Below the pieces are notes generated by a model, which did not search any database, was not told the origin of the DNA, and saw only the letters and a program-made list of their open reading frames with translations. The translations under genes were made by a program, and so were the position numbers. A stretch of 63,305 nt of DNA, counting the filler, from Octopus bimaculoides (Eukaryota), in NCBI RefSeq assembly GCF_001194135.2. It is 5 parts of 4 records of this genome, joined end to end, with 100 filler letters (N's around TTAATTAATTAA, not from the genome) between each part and the next. Parts side by side here need not be neighbours in the genome. Positions count along the whole stretch, not along the records: positions 1 to 28,005 come from NC_068994.1; positions 28,106 to 40,525 come from NC_068997.1; 3 more parts are not named here. The stretch is one strand, 5' to 3'. This document shows positions 24,340-36,617 of this stretch, in pieces; position 1 is the stretch's first letter, and the number at the start of each line of letters is the position of its first letter.

Positions 24340-25735
24340 CTTCAAAAACCACATTCTCTATCTCTCTCCAGCTTCCGGTCACTTATTTTTCGCCTATGTA
24401 ATAACACACGTGCTTTTATCCGGACAATCTGCTCCTTTTCCTCCTCCCGAGACATTTTCCTCTTTCCGACGAAGAGCCATGCTCGAAACGTCATTTCCAC
24501 TTTATTTTTCCATCTAAAACTCTCACAGAGCATCAAATATATATTCACTGTGTACGTCTAATTGACGCTTGTTGTTTCTTTCCTGTTTAAAAATTTTTTT
24601 TTTATTTTTGATATGCCTATTATTGCATGCTACGTCCTTTGGACGATGGTTTGGAGTACTTCATTCGTGGATTACCTTTACACTTGGATTGCGTTACACC
24701 TTTGAATTCCCTCCGAGTATGTTGATTTTGTACCATTGATTGTGAATCATTTAAATTTTTCGTTGGCTCTTTCATCTTTCTTCTTCCTCCTTTCCTATAC
24801 TGCTCCTTTCCTTGCCTCCTCTCTCACACTCCTTTCTACCCCTCACTTCACAATGCCCAGCCGTCATTCCTTCCTCAAGCAACTCCACTTACTTCTCACT
24901 TACTTCCTTTCCAGCTTCTATCCTCAATGCCTGCAACCCTCCATACAATTCTCCCGTTTGCTCTTCAAAAAATCTTGCTTCTCTAGCCATATCTCTTTCC
25001 TGAGCCGATTTCTCCATCATCAAGTCATGCGCTGTGACTTCTGCTTGAAGTTTCACATCACTCCCTATTCTTTTCCCTTCACTGTACCCATCCTCGCACA
25101 CATTTATCACCTTCTTATTCGTACCATCATCCGTTCCATCTTCTCCACTATTCACTCCCTGGATTACCACCTCTCACTAGCTTACGTTCCCTCCTCTCTT
25201 TGCTCTCCACCTTTCAACCAACCTATTTTCCGCTTCCAGCTTAGCCTCAATCACCAGCTCTTCAACTTTCTCACACACACTAAAAACCACAAACTCCTCC
25301 TCCTCCTCCTCCTCCTCCTCATCCTCATCCTCCTCCTCCTCAACCCCACCATTACATCTCCCCTCCCAGCCACACCCCGTCTTTTCCTACTCCCTGCCAA
25401 GTCCATCTCACCCCCGCACTTGCTCCACCCCTCCACTCCGGCCCTTCGCCTCACCACTTCACCATCATTGTCCCCGCACCTACTCCTTGACACACTCTGT
25501 TCCTCTACATCCCCACTTCCACGCACTGTAGTCATCATACTATCCGATCTCCCACTTTCCATAGTTGAACGTTCGCTCTTCGGTAGAGGTCTCCGCTCTG
25601 TACCTCTCACACCCCACTACGATGAATTCAGGAACCGTACGGATGTCGGTCAGTTTCTGTGCCTCACAAAACCGCGCCTTCACAATAGTCGAGATTGTTT
25701 CTCAGAGCCTCTCGTTTTCTCTCTCCAGATCTGCT
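24340..25735 (+). mobile_element. Penelope-like element: terminal (pLTR-like) region followed by ORF N-terminus
   Basis: C(C)GACGAAGAGCCATGCTCGAAACG end motif; SHISFLSRFL...DFCLKFH and VVIILSDLPLSIVERSLFGRGLRSVPL...DEFRNRTDVGQF are typical Penelope pre-RT motifs. Confidence 0.7.
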
Positions 25736-25933
25736 ACATTTAATAGTTCATAAAGCGTAGCATAAATTTTTTAAACTATGAAGCATAAAATCCTTTCGGA
25801 AATTATGGAAAACAAAAAGCGACTAATATAAAACATATATTGTACCAAAAATATAATAATTTGAAACAGAAGAGGCACAGGCCTATTGACTAAATGTATT
25901 AACATAAAATATCAGAAAAATAGATTCAAGTAC

Positions 25934-26095
25934 CACTAGCGTAGCTAAAGTGTGTGCCGCCCGGGACGCCCTTCCGTTTGCCGCCCCCGGACCCCATAAA
26001 AATACATATTACCTACAGCAGACCCAAAAGTGCTGCCCTCTTAAAAGTGCCGCCCGGGGTGGACTTCTCCTACCGCCCCCCTAGCTACACTAGTG
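25934..26095. mobile_element. hAT-type MITE (162 bp)
   Basis: TIR CACTAGCGTAGCTA / TAGCTACACTAGTG (13 of 14 match); 8-bp TSD TCAAGTAC / TCAAGTGC. Confidence 0.88.
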
Positions 26096-26369
26096 TCAAG
26101 TGCCTAATTTGAGAGAGAGAGGGAGAAAAAAGAGAGAAAGAGAAAGAGAGAGAAAGAGAGAGAAAGTGAGAAAGAGAGAGAGAGTAATGAAGATTCTGTA
26201 GGGTAATCAGTAATATGCTTTACAGGTAAGTAATAGGTAGTACGCAGTTCGAATCTCTTCGGTGGCTAGTTTCTGTTTTGTCTGAAATTGGCTGTTATAT
26301 TAAATATAACTTTACACTGAAAAATTTCAGCAGTTCGATCTTTCGTTCATTATCGATTATTTTACTTAC

Positions 26370-26602
26370 TGTTTTCAAGAACCATCTTGAAGTTGCTTTT
26401 CTTCTATATACACTAATATATTGCACCTGCTTACAAATTAAACTGGAGACTGTAATGTTATCAGTTGTATTTGGTTGAAAATTATCGTTTGGTGAGCCCA
26501 ACATGGCTTCTAATATTCCATTGGTGCAATATAATCTTAGTATTATATCATCTTCATTTCCAGTTTCTCCTGTTTCTACTTGAACGAGCAGTTGCATAGT
26601 CT
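26370..26602 (-). CDS. PLAT/LH2-domain exon of an unrecognised gene (233 nt; ATG at 26597)
   Basis: Acceptor CTTTCTTTTAACATTCATCACTTCAG| and donor ACA|GTAAGT. MQLLVQVETG...DDIILRLYCTNG...LGSPNDNFQPNTTDNITV...ISVYRRKATSRWFLKT fits the PLAT pattern (V-x-TG, NF-x4-D, WFL-x2-I). Confidence 0.75.
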
Positions 26603-28005
26603 CTGAAGTGATGAATGTTAAAAGAAAGTTCAGTCACAGGGATACATGTACACATTATGAAAATATTTAAATACGGTGGTGAGCAGAAAATAATTCTTAA
26701 CCATTTGAAGTTATATCCGTAATGACAAAAGTGGGGACAACTCCAGTCACATTTCAGCCTTATTAAATTTCATAAGCAAAACATAATCAACAAACACTTA
26801 CCAAATCACAGAATGCCATAAAGATTATATAATTCCTCCAAGTTGACATCTGTACAAAGGATGTCTATGTTAATTTATAAATTCGATATTTTGTTTAAGT
26901 CATTAATTTATTTGACTATTTGGGCCAAATACTTCAGTTTAGTTTATTATTTCAGATTCTTTGTCCATATTCTTTAGTGGTCTATAAAACTAAAAATGTT
27001 TGGACAGCTGTATATTTTAAAAATATTGTTACTTGCTGAGGAGAAGAAACAGTGTCCATAAGACTTTATAGGGTTTTCGAGATTGGTGAGAAGACGAGAG
27101 TAAGTTATTCTCAGGGCAGACGCCTGGTTCGAATGTTTGCCACGACTCTGCTGAACTTGGGAGAACTAAATGGCAGTTTAAAATGGGTGACAGATTCGTT
27201 CTACCACTCAACAACAGGAACGGCCGATCCATTGGACTTACACAGTTTACATCCACTAAATCTCACTCCAAAGAATTTGATATTACGAAGTCTTTGATCG
27301 AACTGAAGCTACAGTAGAAAATATTTATCTAAGATGTAGTGCAGTGAGATCGAAACCCAAATCACATTGTTGCAAAGCAAATTTCCTAATCACACAGCTA
27401 TGCTCGAAACTTTGAGAGGACAACATACCAGTGTAGCAGATATCGAAGTAAGTACAGAAAGCGCACGAAATATAATTAGGAAATGATCGAAGGCTATCTG
27501 GAACACATGTGAAAAGATTAATAAGCAACAGCAAAATTTGTTAAAATGCTATGATTATGTGGTGAAAGTGCATGCTTCATTGCAGCATCGTAGAAAACCT
27601 GGAACTTGCTCAAGATATAGTAAGAACTGAACTTATTGTGGCCTGTTGTCAAGATAAATTCAAAACTAAGAGAATATGCTTTTCAAAAGTTCTGCAAGGC
27701 CTCCCAGACTGATGAGGTTAATGCGGTTGATATACTGTTTGTATATCAGTGCATATCTTTATATTTTACTTGTTTCAGTCATTAGACTGCGGCTGTGCTA
27801 GTGCACCACCTGGAAGAAACTGAGTCGGACGAATCGACCCCAATACTTATTTTTTTAAAGTCTGGTACTTACGTTATCAGTCATTTATGCCGAACTGCTA
27901 AATTACGGAGACGTAAAGACACCAAGAAGAAACAGACATAAACACACACACACACACACACACACATACACACACACATACACACACACACACGCACACA
28001 CACAC

Positions 28006-28105
28006 NNNNNNNNNNNNNNNNNNNNNNNNNNNNNNNNNNNNNNNNNNNNTTAATTAATTAANNNNNNNNNNNNNNNNNNNNNNNNNNNNNNNNNNNNNNN
28101 NNNNN
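28006..28105. other. Fixed 100-bp scaffolding gap with a TTAATTAATTAA linker; the same structure occurs at 40526-40625, 56087-56186 and 58503-58602
   Basis: 44 N, then the 12-mer, then 44 N in all four cases; the 12-mer has stops in all six frames. Confidence 0.92.
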
Positions 28106-28830
28106 TATATATATATATATATATATATATGAGTTTATGAATGTATTTAAGTACATTTTCCTTAAGGTATATTTCCAGATATAAACTTATAAACTTATAA
28201 AATATGACTGTTATGTATATACGTGTAAGGAATATAAAAAGAATCAAAATATGATTATATATCACACGCCAATGAGAACTTCTCTTTTTTAACACATCCC
28301 TCATAGTTTAATGTAAGTTTAAAATATTTTCTTTATATGACTGTATTGGGAACTCATTCTTTCTAAGTGTTTATTACACTGTCATCGATCATAACACCAA
28401 CTAAGTTATTGAGATTCTCAGTGAACAAATGTCTTGATTAGACAAATTGAAATGTGTCGTGAGGTTCATCTAACGTAAAGATATAGTTTCTGCTATTAAA
28501 TGTCTAATAACAGATTGAATAAATACTTTTAAGTCTTTCGTTATCTGTTCCCAAAAATTCTTGAATACTTTTTACATACTTGGATAATCTTAAAGGCGTT
28601 TGATAATTTTTTGGGGATAAACGTCTCTCCTCCCCATCCCTGAACCTAACAAAGTAGCACGGTCGTGTATAGAGGAGAACTATCATACTTAGACTCCAAG
28701 GTAAACTCTTTTCACCTATCTTCATTTTAGACCAAAAGTAGTAGGTATTCTTTTTATGCATGTGCATAAAAATATATTGGGGACATAGCTGTGCTGGAAT
28801 AAAAAAAATGAAATTTTACAAATACATGTA

Positions 28831-29010
28831 AAGCGGTAAGCTGGCAGAATCGTTAGCGCATCGAATAAAATGCTTAGTAGCATTTCTTCTGTTTTCATAT
28901 TCTGAGTTCAAATTTCGCGCAAGCCGACTTTGCTTTTCCTTTTTTCGGATTCGATAAAATAGGTACCAGTCGAACACTTGGGTCCATGTTATCGACTATT
29001 CCCCTTCCCA
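28831..29010 (+). mobile_element. SINE-like family A
   Basis: AAGCGGTAAGCTGGCAGAATCGTTAGC...CTGAGTTCAAATTTC. Confidence 0.8.
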
Positions 29011-29994
29011 TAAATTTGGGAAAAATTTTATAATACATAGCTCATTAAATTTCTGCTCAAACATTAAAGCTTAAGCAATCCTTTTTATGACAGTCTTTAG
29101 GGACTTTGTTATAGAGAGGTTTCACATATGAATAAAAACAAAAATTTCCTTCTTGGTAAAGAGTGGGGTTATTTTTCATTGTGACTGATTTAAATCATTA
29201 ATGCCATTGGAAAAGGAATGAACATTACCATTTCCCGGTTTTCCTACCTGCCGAAAATGAATTTCTGGCATTGTTGTAGAGTGCCAGGCAAAGTGGTTTG
29301 CAGCATATGCTTACATCCTTAAAAATTAATTATTCTCGACCTGAGAATCTGAAACAAAACTTTGGAGACAATTATTTGACAATTCAATTCACTTAGGTTT
29401 CTGCGCATGCGCTAAAAATATGGGTCATGCTCAAAGACATTTCAACACAACTATAACTTTCCAGCTGCAATCATCCTGTCTGTATTTAAGGAATCAGAAT
29501 TTTTTTCCAGATTTGTATCAACAAAAGCGGTCCAACCGTAACCATCCTCTCCCTAAACTCTCTAAATGAAGTTGCTATTAGCTTTTTGGTATCATTTTAG
29601 TTTGTAAAAGACAAAGAAATAGTTATAACTTTGGAATTAGTCGAAGGAGGTAATGAAGCACACAATCTAAAACGCTTTTAGTGAGAAAATAAAAGGTATT
29701 TTGAATTAAAAAATTGAAAAACAAATTTAGATTTTATTAAAATAACGTGTTTGTAATAACCTTAATATTTTTTTTTATAAATAAAGGTGTTAGATAAAAG
29801 TAATTCAGAGATGCCAGCTGATAAACCCATTTCAAATATTAGACTACTATGAAAAATAAACAAGCAGAAATAAAAGGTTATTTAAGATTAGATTCCCAAG
29901 GAGGAATAAAATCTGTTCCGATTTTCAGGCATTTTAAGATTATTTTCTATCATTAAAATAGTAATTTTTAAAAAATGTTAGAAGGCCAACAATT

Positions 29995-30150
29995 TTGAGA
30001 GAAATGGGTTTAGTCAATACAATTGACCCCGGTACTTGAATGATCCCGAAAAAGTCAATTTGACTTCGACAGGATTTGAACTCAAAAAATAAAGAGCCGG
30101 AACAAATACTGAAACGCATTTTTCGGCATTCTAACGATTCTGCCAATCTA
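29995..30150 (-). mobile_element. SINE-like family A
   Basis: Reverse-orientation motifs ending CTAACGATTCTGCCA. Confidence 0.75.
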
Positions 30151-30267
30151 CTGCACCTTGTAATTATGATAATTAAACACTTTACCTTAAAAATACTCAG
30201 TTCTCTGTGTGAATTTGATCTCAGACATTATCGAGGAAAGCGCTGATTTGTTATTTCAAGTTACCAT

Positions 30268-30458
30268 TAACACGCCGGGCGAAATGCTTAGAGGTATTTC
30301 GTCTATTTTTACGTTTTGAGCTCAAATTCCGCCGTCGTCGACTTTGCCTTTCATCCTTCCGGGGTCGATAAATTAAGTACCAGTTGCGTACTGGGATCTA
30401 TCTGATCGACTGGCCCCCTTCCTCAAAATTTCAGGCCTTATCCCTATGGCAGAAAGGA
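30268..30458 (+). mobile_element. 5'-truncated family A SINE with a 17-bp TSD
   Basis: TTATTTCAAGTTACCAT at 30251-30267 and at 30459-30475. Confidence 0.9.
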
Positions 30459-30564
30459 TTATTTCAAGTTACCATAGTGATTCGTCTGCGAAACCATTTT
30501 CGCTAACTACTGCTTTCTTATTTAGCCACAAAATCAGTAATTTCGAGAAAAAGGTTTGTTGTCA

Positions 30565-30725
30565 ATATTTTCGACCCCAGTACTTGACTGCTACTCTATT
30601 TCATCATCTCCGAAAGTACGAAAGGCAAAGTTAACCTTGGCAAGATTTGAACCTAAAACATAAAGAGATAGAATGAATGCTGCAAAGCAGTATTTTTCCT
30701 GACGCCCTTCTCATTCTGAAAACTC
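30565..30725 (-). mobile_element. SINE-like family A, degenerate
   Basis: TCGACCCCAGTACTTGACTG...GAAAGGCAAAGTTAACCTTGG. Confidence 0.7.
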
Positions 30726-31494
30726 GCTGCTCGCTAGTTTAAACTTTTAAATTATAAGGAGAGGAATCTTATTGATTGCCATTAAATTATCAACTAAGTA
30801 CGTCCAATCTACAAGCTATCCTTATATATTTTCTATTAGAAAGTTTTATTCAGGATACAAACTGCCTCTCGAAAATTTTTGTGTTACGTTTAATGAAATC
30901 GATCTGGCAACCGCTGAGGCGAGGAATAATTTGAATGCCGTACTCAGGATATAGCACTAACCTCAGAAAAACAACAGAAAGTTTGATATAGAAGTGAACA
31001 CTTTTTATCATTAATGAGCTAAGTGGTTTGTGTGTTTAGATAATGATAGATAAATACGCATAGAGATTAACATGAAAGTTGATGTTGACACTGAGATAGA
31101 TACGCAACGAAATATATAATCAGAGAGGGAGTGGGCACAAAACTGGAAAACTTTATCGAAGTACACAAAGAAACAGACTTACATACAAATAGTCATAGAA
31201 AAATAATCAGACGATGGACATATTAAGGTCGATAAAAAACAAACTACAGTACAGAATAAGACATACGGTAAAAATATTTTCAGACAATGTTAGTGCGTTT
31301 TATTTATGGTGTTAATATTTTATTTATAACCTTCCATGGTCGCAACAAAGTCAGCACACCATAAAGCTGTAGGCAGTCTTTCGGATTATGACCACAAATT
31401 GAAATTGGAAAATTATCATAAGGATTCAATATTTAAATTTTGAAATAAATTTAAAAAAAAAATGAAATTTTGAAAAAAGAAAGAATCAGAAGTG

Positions 31495-31644
31495 TGCAGG
31501 CGTGGCATTGTGGTAACAAGTTTGCTTTCCAACCACGTGGTTCTGAATTCCGTACCACTTTGTGAGAGTGTCTTCTACTATAATTTTGGTCCCACCAAAA
31601 CGTTGTGAGTGGATTTGGTAGACAGAAACTGAAAGAAGCACGTC

Positions 31645-31690
<46 letters not shown>
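31495..31690 (+). mobile_element. SINE-like family B, 5' half ending in (TA)n
   Basis: GTGTCTTCTACTATA...GTGAGTGGATTTGGTAGACAGAAACTGAAAGAAGC. Confidence 0.8.
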
Positions 31691-31692
<2 letters not shown>

Positions 31693-32409
31693 GAATGTGT
31701 ATCATATATCATACATGGATGTCAAGGAAATATATCCTGTGTATCAATCCAATATACAGGACAGGTAAAAGTCAAACATAGAATTCAGTACAGAATTCCC
31801 GCCTTCACAAAAAAAGTAAAAAAACCAAGGCATGAGGTAAATGAAAAATTCCGAAATTTGAACAGCTATTTCTTTTTGGCAAAATCGTAATCTCCGTTGA
31901 TGAAAACAGAAACTCAAGGAAATAAAAAAAAAAAAGAAAATGGTGGGAGTGCATGTTTGACATGTCTTGCCGTGACATTGCAGACTTGTGTCAATATTTC
32001 CGCTTTCAATTTGGGGTTACGAATCGAAAGAATGTTAGGAGAGAATGCAAATAATAACGGTTTGATCGTATAAAACAACCCGTGACGTTCCCGTTATTTC
32101 AATCGGATTCACCAAATACTCTACTATTGCATTCATATTTAACACAAGAAAAAGTGTGGCTGTTTATTACTTAAATACACCAGACGCTTAGTGAATTAGA
32201 ACGATTACCGTATTCAATGGCAGAAAAGATGCACTCCAATTTTAGCAGTGCATATTCTGGAAAAAAGTTTATATAACGTTAAATCATGTAGTATAGGTCA
32301 CCCAGCTTTCGCATGTAGGACTCGGGGCGAGTTTTTGAAACATTTGTTTTGGAGGGTACAAAAAAGCATCTTATATGCCATCAAATACGATAATAACTAA
32401 TCCTGTCTT

Positions 32410-32775
32410 TTATTGGCACTAGGCCTAAAGTTTTGGAGGAGGGGTGCTAATCGATTAAATCAATTCAAGAGTTCGACTGGTACTTATTTCATCGCCTCAG
32501 AAAGGGTGAAAGGCAAAGTCAACTTCTGCAGAATTTGAACTCAGAACTTAAAGTCGAAAGAAATGCCGCTAAGTATTTTTGTCCAGCGAAGTAGCATTTT
32601 CGCCAGATCGCCGCCTTATAGATACACTAATTAATAATTATTTCAAATTTTTGCCACAAGGGTAGCTTGGGGGAGATGAGGAGGAGTCGATTACATCGAT
32701 CCCAGTGTTCAACTGGTACTTATTTTATCGATCCCGAAAGGATGAAAGGCAAAGTCAACCTCGGCGGAATTTGAA
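32410..32775 (-). mobile_element. Two tandem reverse family A SINE copies
   Basis: Motif GAAAGGCAAAGTCAAC...AATTTGAAC occurs twice. Confidence 0.8.
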
Positions 32776-34143
32776 CAATAATTAATAATGCATACTTCGT
32801 TCTATTCGATTTGGTTGTTAGGATAAGAAGCTTTCCAACACTCCTGCTAATGATGGATTTAAATAATTATTTAAAAAGATATTAGTTTTGTTAAATCATT
32901 TACAATAAATAAATAATCCTTANNNNNNNNNNNNNNNNNNNNNNNNNNNNNNNNNNNNNNNNNNNNNNNNNNNNNNNNNNNNNNNNNNNNNNNNNNNNNN
33001 NNNNNNNNNNNNNNNNNNNNNNNNNNNNNNNNNNNNNNNNNNNNNNNNNNNNNNNNNNNNNNNNNNNNNNNNNNNNNNNNNNNNNNNNNNNNNNNNNNNN
33101 NNNNNNNNNNNNNNNNNNNNNNNNNNNNNNNNNNNNNNNNNNNNNNNNNNNNNNNNNNNNNNNNNNNNNNNNNNNNNNNNNNNNNNNNNNNNNNNNNNNN
33201 NNNNNNNNNNNNNNNNNNNNNNNNNNNNNNNNNNNNNNNNNNNNNNNNNNNNNNNNNNNNNNNNNNNNNNNNNNNNNNNNNNNNNNNNNNNNNNNNNNNN
33301 NNNNNNNNNNNNNNNNNNNNNNNNNNNNNNNNNNNNNNNNNNNNNNNNNNNNNNNNNNNNNNNNNNNNNNNNNNNNNNNNNNNNNNNNNNNNNNNNNNNN
33401 NNNNNNNNNNNNNNNNNNNNNNNNNNNNNNNNNNNNNNNNNNNNNNNNNNNNNNNNNNNNNNNNNNNNNNNNNNNNNNNNNNNNNNNNNNNNNNNNNNNN
33501 NNNNNNNNNNNNNNNNNNNNNNNNNNNNNNNNNNNNNNNNNNNNNNNNNNNNNNNNNNNNNNNNNNNNNNNNNNNNNNNNNNNNNNNNNNNNNNNNNNNN
33601 NNNNNNNNNNNNNNNNNNNNNNNNNNNNNNNNNNNNNNNNNNNNNNNNNNNNNNNNNNNNNNNNNNNNNNNNNNNNNNNNNNNNNNNNNNNNNNNNNNNN
33701 NNNNNNNNNNNNNNNNNNNNNNNNNNNNNNNNNNNNNNNNNNNNNNNNNNNNNNNNNNNNNNNNNNNNNNNNNNNNNNNNNNNNNNNNNNNNNNNNNNNN
33801 NNNNNNNNNNNNNNNNNNNNNNNNNNNNNNNNNNNNNNNNNNNNNNNNNNNNNNNNNNNNNNNNNNNNNNNNNNNNNNNNNNNNNNNNNNNNNNNNNNNN
33901 NNNNNNNNNNNNNNNNNNNNATTAAGATATTGGCAAAGTTTCGGAATAACTATCACTATTTCATGGAGAAGGAAACGGGAGGGGATTGGATGGCTTTTCC
34001 CCAACTTCATTTTATAGATCTTTAGTAAATGGGGGAACTTTTTTCTAAAATCTTCAATTCTTAACATTGTTGCCCCCCTGTTCCCTGTCCTTCCTCTTGA
34101 GAAAGTGATAGTTCTATCTATATAAATACGTACACACACACGT

Positions 34144-34179
<36 letters not shown>

Positions 34180-35469
34180 TAGATACATATAAACGCGCAC
34201 GCACACATAGATGCAGGATATACATAATAATTTATACAAGCATATATTTACCAGAAGACGAAGCAGTTCCACGAACAATCTGCAGGAACAGACAGCACCA
34301 CCAAAAAATGTTAAATGTTAAAAAATACCCGAACCACGGATGCAATGATTTTGACCTCGTCACAGTTCCTGGCAAAATGTTTCCAGTGCTTATTCGAAAA
34401 ACTTTAATCCCAAGTGTAATTTCTAATAGGTAACAACTCAACAGTTAACAAATTACCAAAAAAAGAAAAACAAGGCAAAGCAAAGAGGAAACAAAAAGAA
34501 AAAGGGTAGGTAAAGAGGTGTGGAAGACGACAGGTAAAATTTGAATAAAAAAAGAACATGAAATACGAAAGAGAGAAGAACTGAGAGAGAGAGAGAGAGA
34601 AGACTTAGAAGTAGGCGGAGATGAAACAAGATTAATTATTCTCCACTCTAACAGTAGCCCTGAAATCAAGAGTATTTTCCTTGTCTTTTGTACTTTTTGT
34701 GCGTTAAATACCTTTTATAAAAGTATAAAAATGAACAACAATAATCACTACAAGCGGATTATGTGTGTGTGTGTGNNNNNNNNNNNNNNNNNNNNNNNNN
34801 NNNNNNNNNNNNNNNNNNNNNNNNNNNNNNNNNNNNNNNNNNNNNNNNNNNNNNNNNNNNNNNNNNNNNNNNNNNNNNNNNNNNNNNNNNNNNNNNNNNN
34901 NNNNNNNNNNNNNNNNNNNNNNNNNNNNNNNNNNNNNNNNNNNNNNNNNNNNNNNNNNNNNNNNNNNNNNNNNNNNNNNNNNNNNNNNNNNNNNNNNNNN
35001 NNNNNNNNNNNNNNNNNNNNNNNNNNNNNNNNNNNNNNNNNNNNNNNNNNNNNNNNNNNNNNNNNNNNNNNNNNNNNNNNNNNNNNNNNNNNNNNNNNNN
35101 NNNNNNNNNNNNNNNNNNNNNNNNNNNNNNNNNNNNNNNNNNNNNNNNNNNNNNNNNNNNNNNNNNNNNNNNNNNNNNNNNNNNNNNNNNNNNNNNNNNN
35201 NNNNNNNNNNNNNNNNNNNNNNNNNNNNNNNNNNNNNNNNNNNNNNNNNNNNNNNNNNNNNNNNNNNNNNNNNNNNNNNNNNNNNNNNNNNNNNNNNNNN
35301 NNNNNNNNNNNNNNNNNNNNNNNNNNNNNNNNNNNNNNNNNNNNNNNNNNNNNNNNNNNNNNNNNNNNNNNNNNNNNNNNNNNNNNNNNNNNNNNNNNNN
35401 NNNNNNNNNNNNNNNNNNNNNNNNNNNNNNNNNNNNNNNNNNNNNNNNNNNNNNNNNNNNNNNNNNNNN

Positions 35470-35508
<39 letters not shown>

Positions 35509-35840
35509 ACAATACAAGTATGTGTGAATAGACAGATTGATAGATAGATAAATAGGTAGAGAGGCGAAAGTATTTACTGTTTTAAGTAAAGAAATATTTG
35601 GCGATCACGTGAGCAGCAAGAAAAAGATTTTGGTTTTAAGATTTGTCCAAATTTCTCCATAAGATCAAACACACACACATATATACTGAATTTATTAATT
35701 AATATGCTACATTGTGATTAATTAATTTTATTGCGAGACGTGTACTATGCGTGTATATCTATGTATGTTACATATGTTTGTACTTGTGTCTATGTATGTC
35801 CATATATCTATATCCACATGTACCTATCTATCTATCTATA

Positions 35841-35972
<132 letters not shown>

Positions 35973-35982
35973 AAAATATATA

Positions 35983-36410
35983 CGAGGAGTGTTCCAGAAG
36001 TTTGAAATGCTTTCAGGAGGGGCAGTTATAACTGTCCTAGATTATTGTAATTTTAAAATACCATCACTACACATCTAATAAGCTGACCTGCCAACTTTTT
36101 ATTCCCGATTGAAGGAGAGAAACACACCCTCGTAATCACTGCTTGTCACAGCCTATTAAACATTGCTTGTCACAATTCCATCTTGATGGTGAACAACTTG
36201 TCAGAGATGGGCATCAAAACTGGATCTCACTCCCTACAGTACACACCTTACTTCCTGTGGGTTTTGGTTGTTCCCCAACCTAAAGGAGAACCTCATTGGC
36301 AGTCGTTTTGAAGACATTGAGAAAATGAAGGAGGCTGTGACAAAGGTTCTTGACGCCTTCACGTTGGAGGATTTCTATGGGGACTTCCCGATGGCGATGA
36401 AAGTTTTGTA
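35983..36410 (+). mobile_element. Mariner-like element, internally deleted remnant
   Basis: TA|CGAGGAGTGTTCCAGAAG TIR start; remnant of PYS...CGFWLFPNLKENL.GSRFEDIEKMKEAVTKVL. Confidence 0.7.
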
Positions 36411-36617
36411 CTTCTGTGAAATTAATAAATGTCTTGCCTGAAAAACAATCTCAAAATTTCTGGAATGTTCTTCGCATGAATATCCTGAAACCATGCATGG
36501 ATGGTTTTAGGATATCAAAGCTAACAGAGAAGAAGAAGTTTCAATTTCATAGTGAAGTTTTGAAATGCTTCATTGTAACTCCTTTAAAACATTATAATCT
36601 TGTATATATTATAGAGT

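Noticed and set aside
24736-25743. 335-aa ORF as a host gene
   Set aside because: It has Penelope N-terminal motifs, low-complexity Leu/Pro runs and no splice structure.
28050-28061. Recurrent TTAATTAATTAA motif (also at 40570, 56131 and 58547)
   Set aside because: It is always centred in a 100-bp N gap and has stops in all six frames, so it is an assembly linker and not biology.
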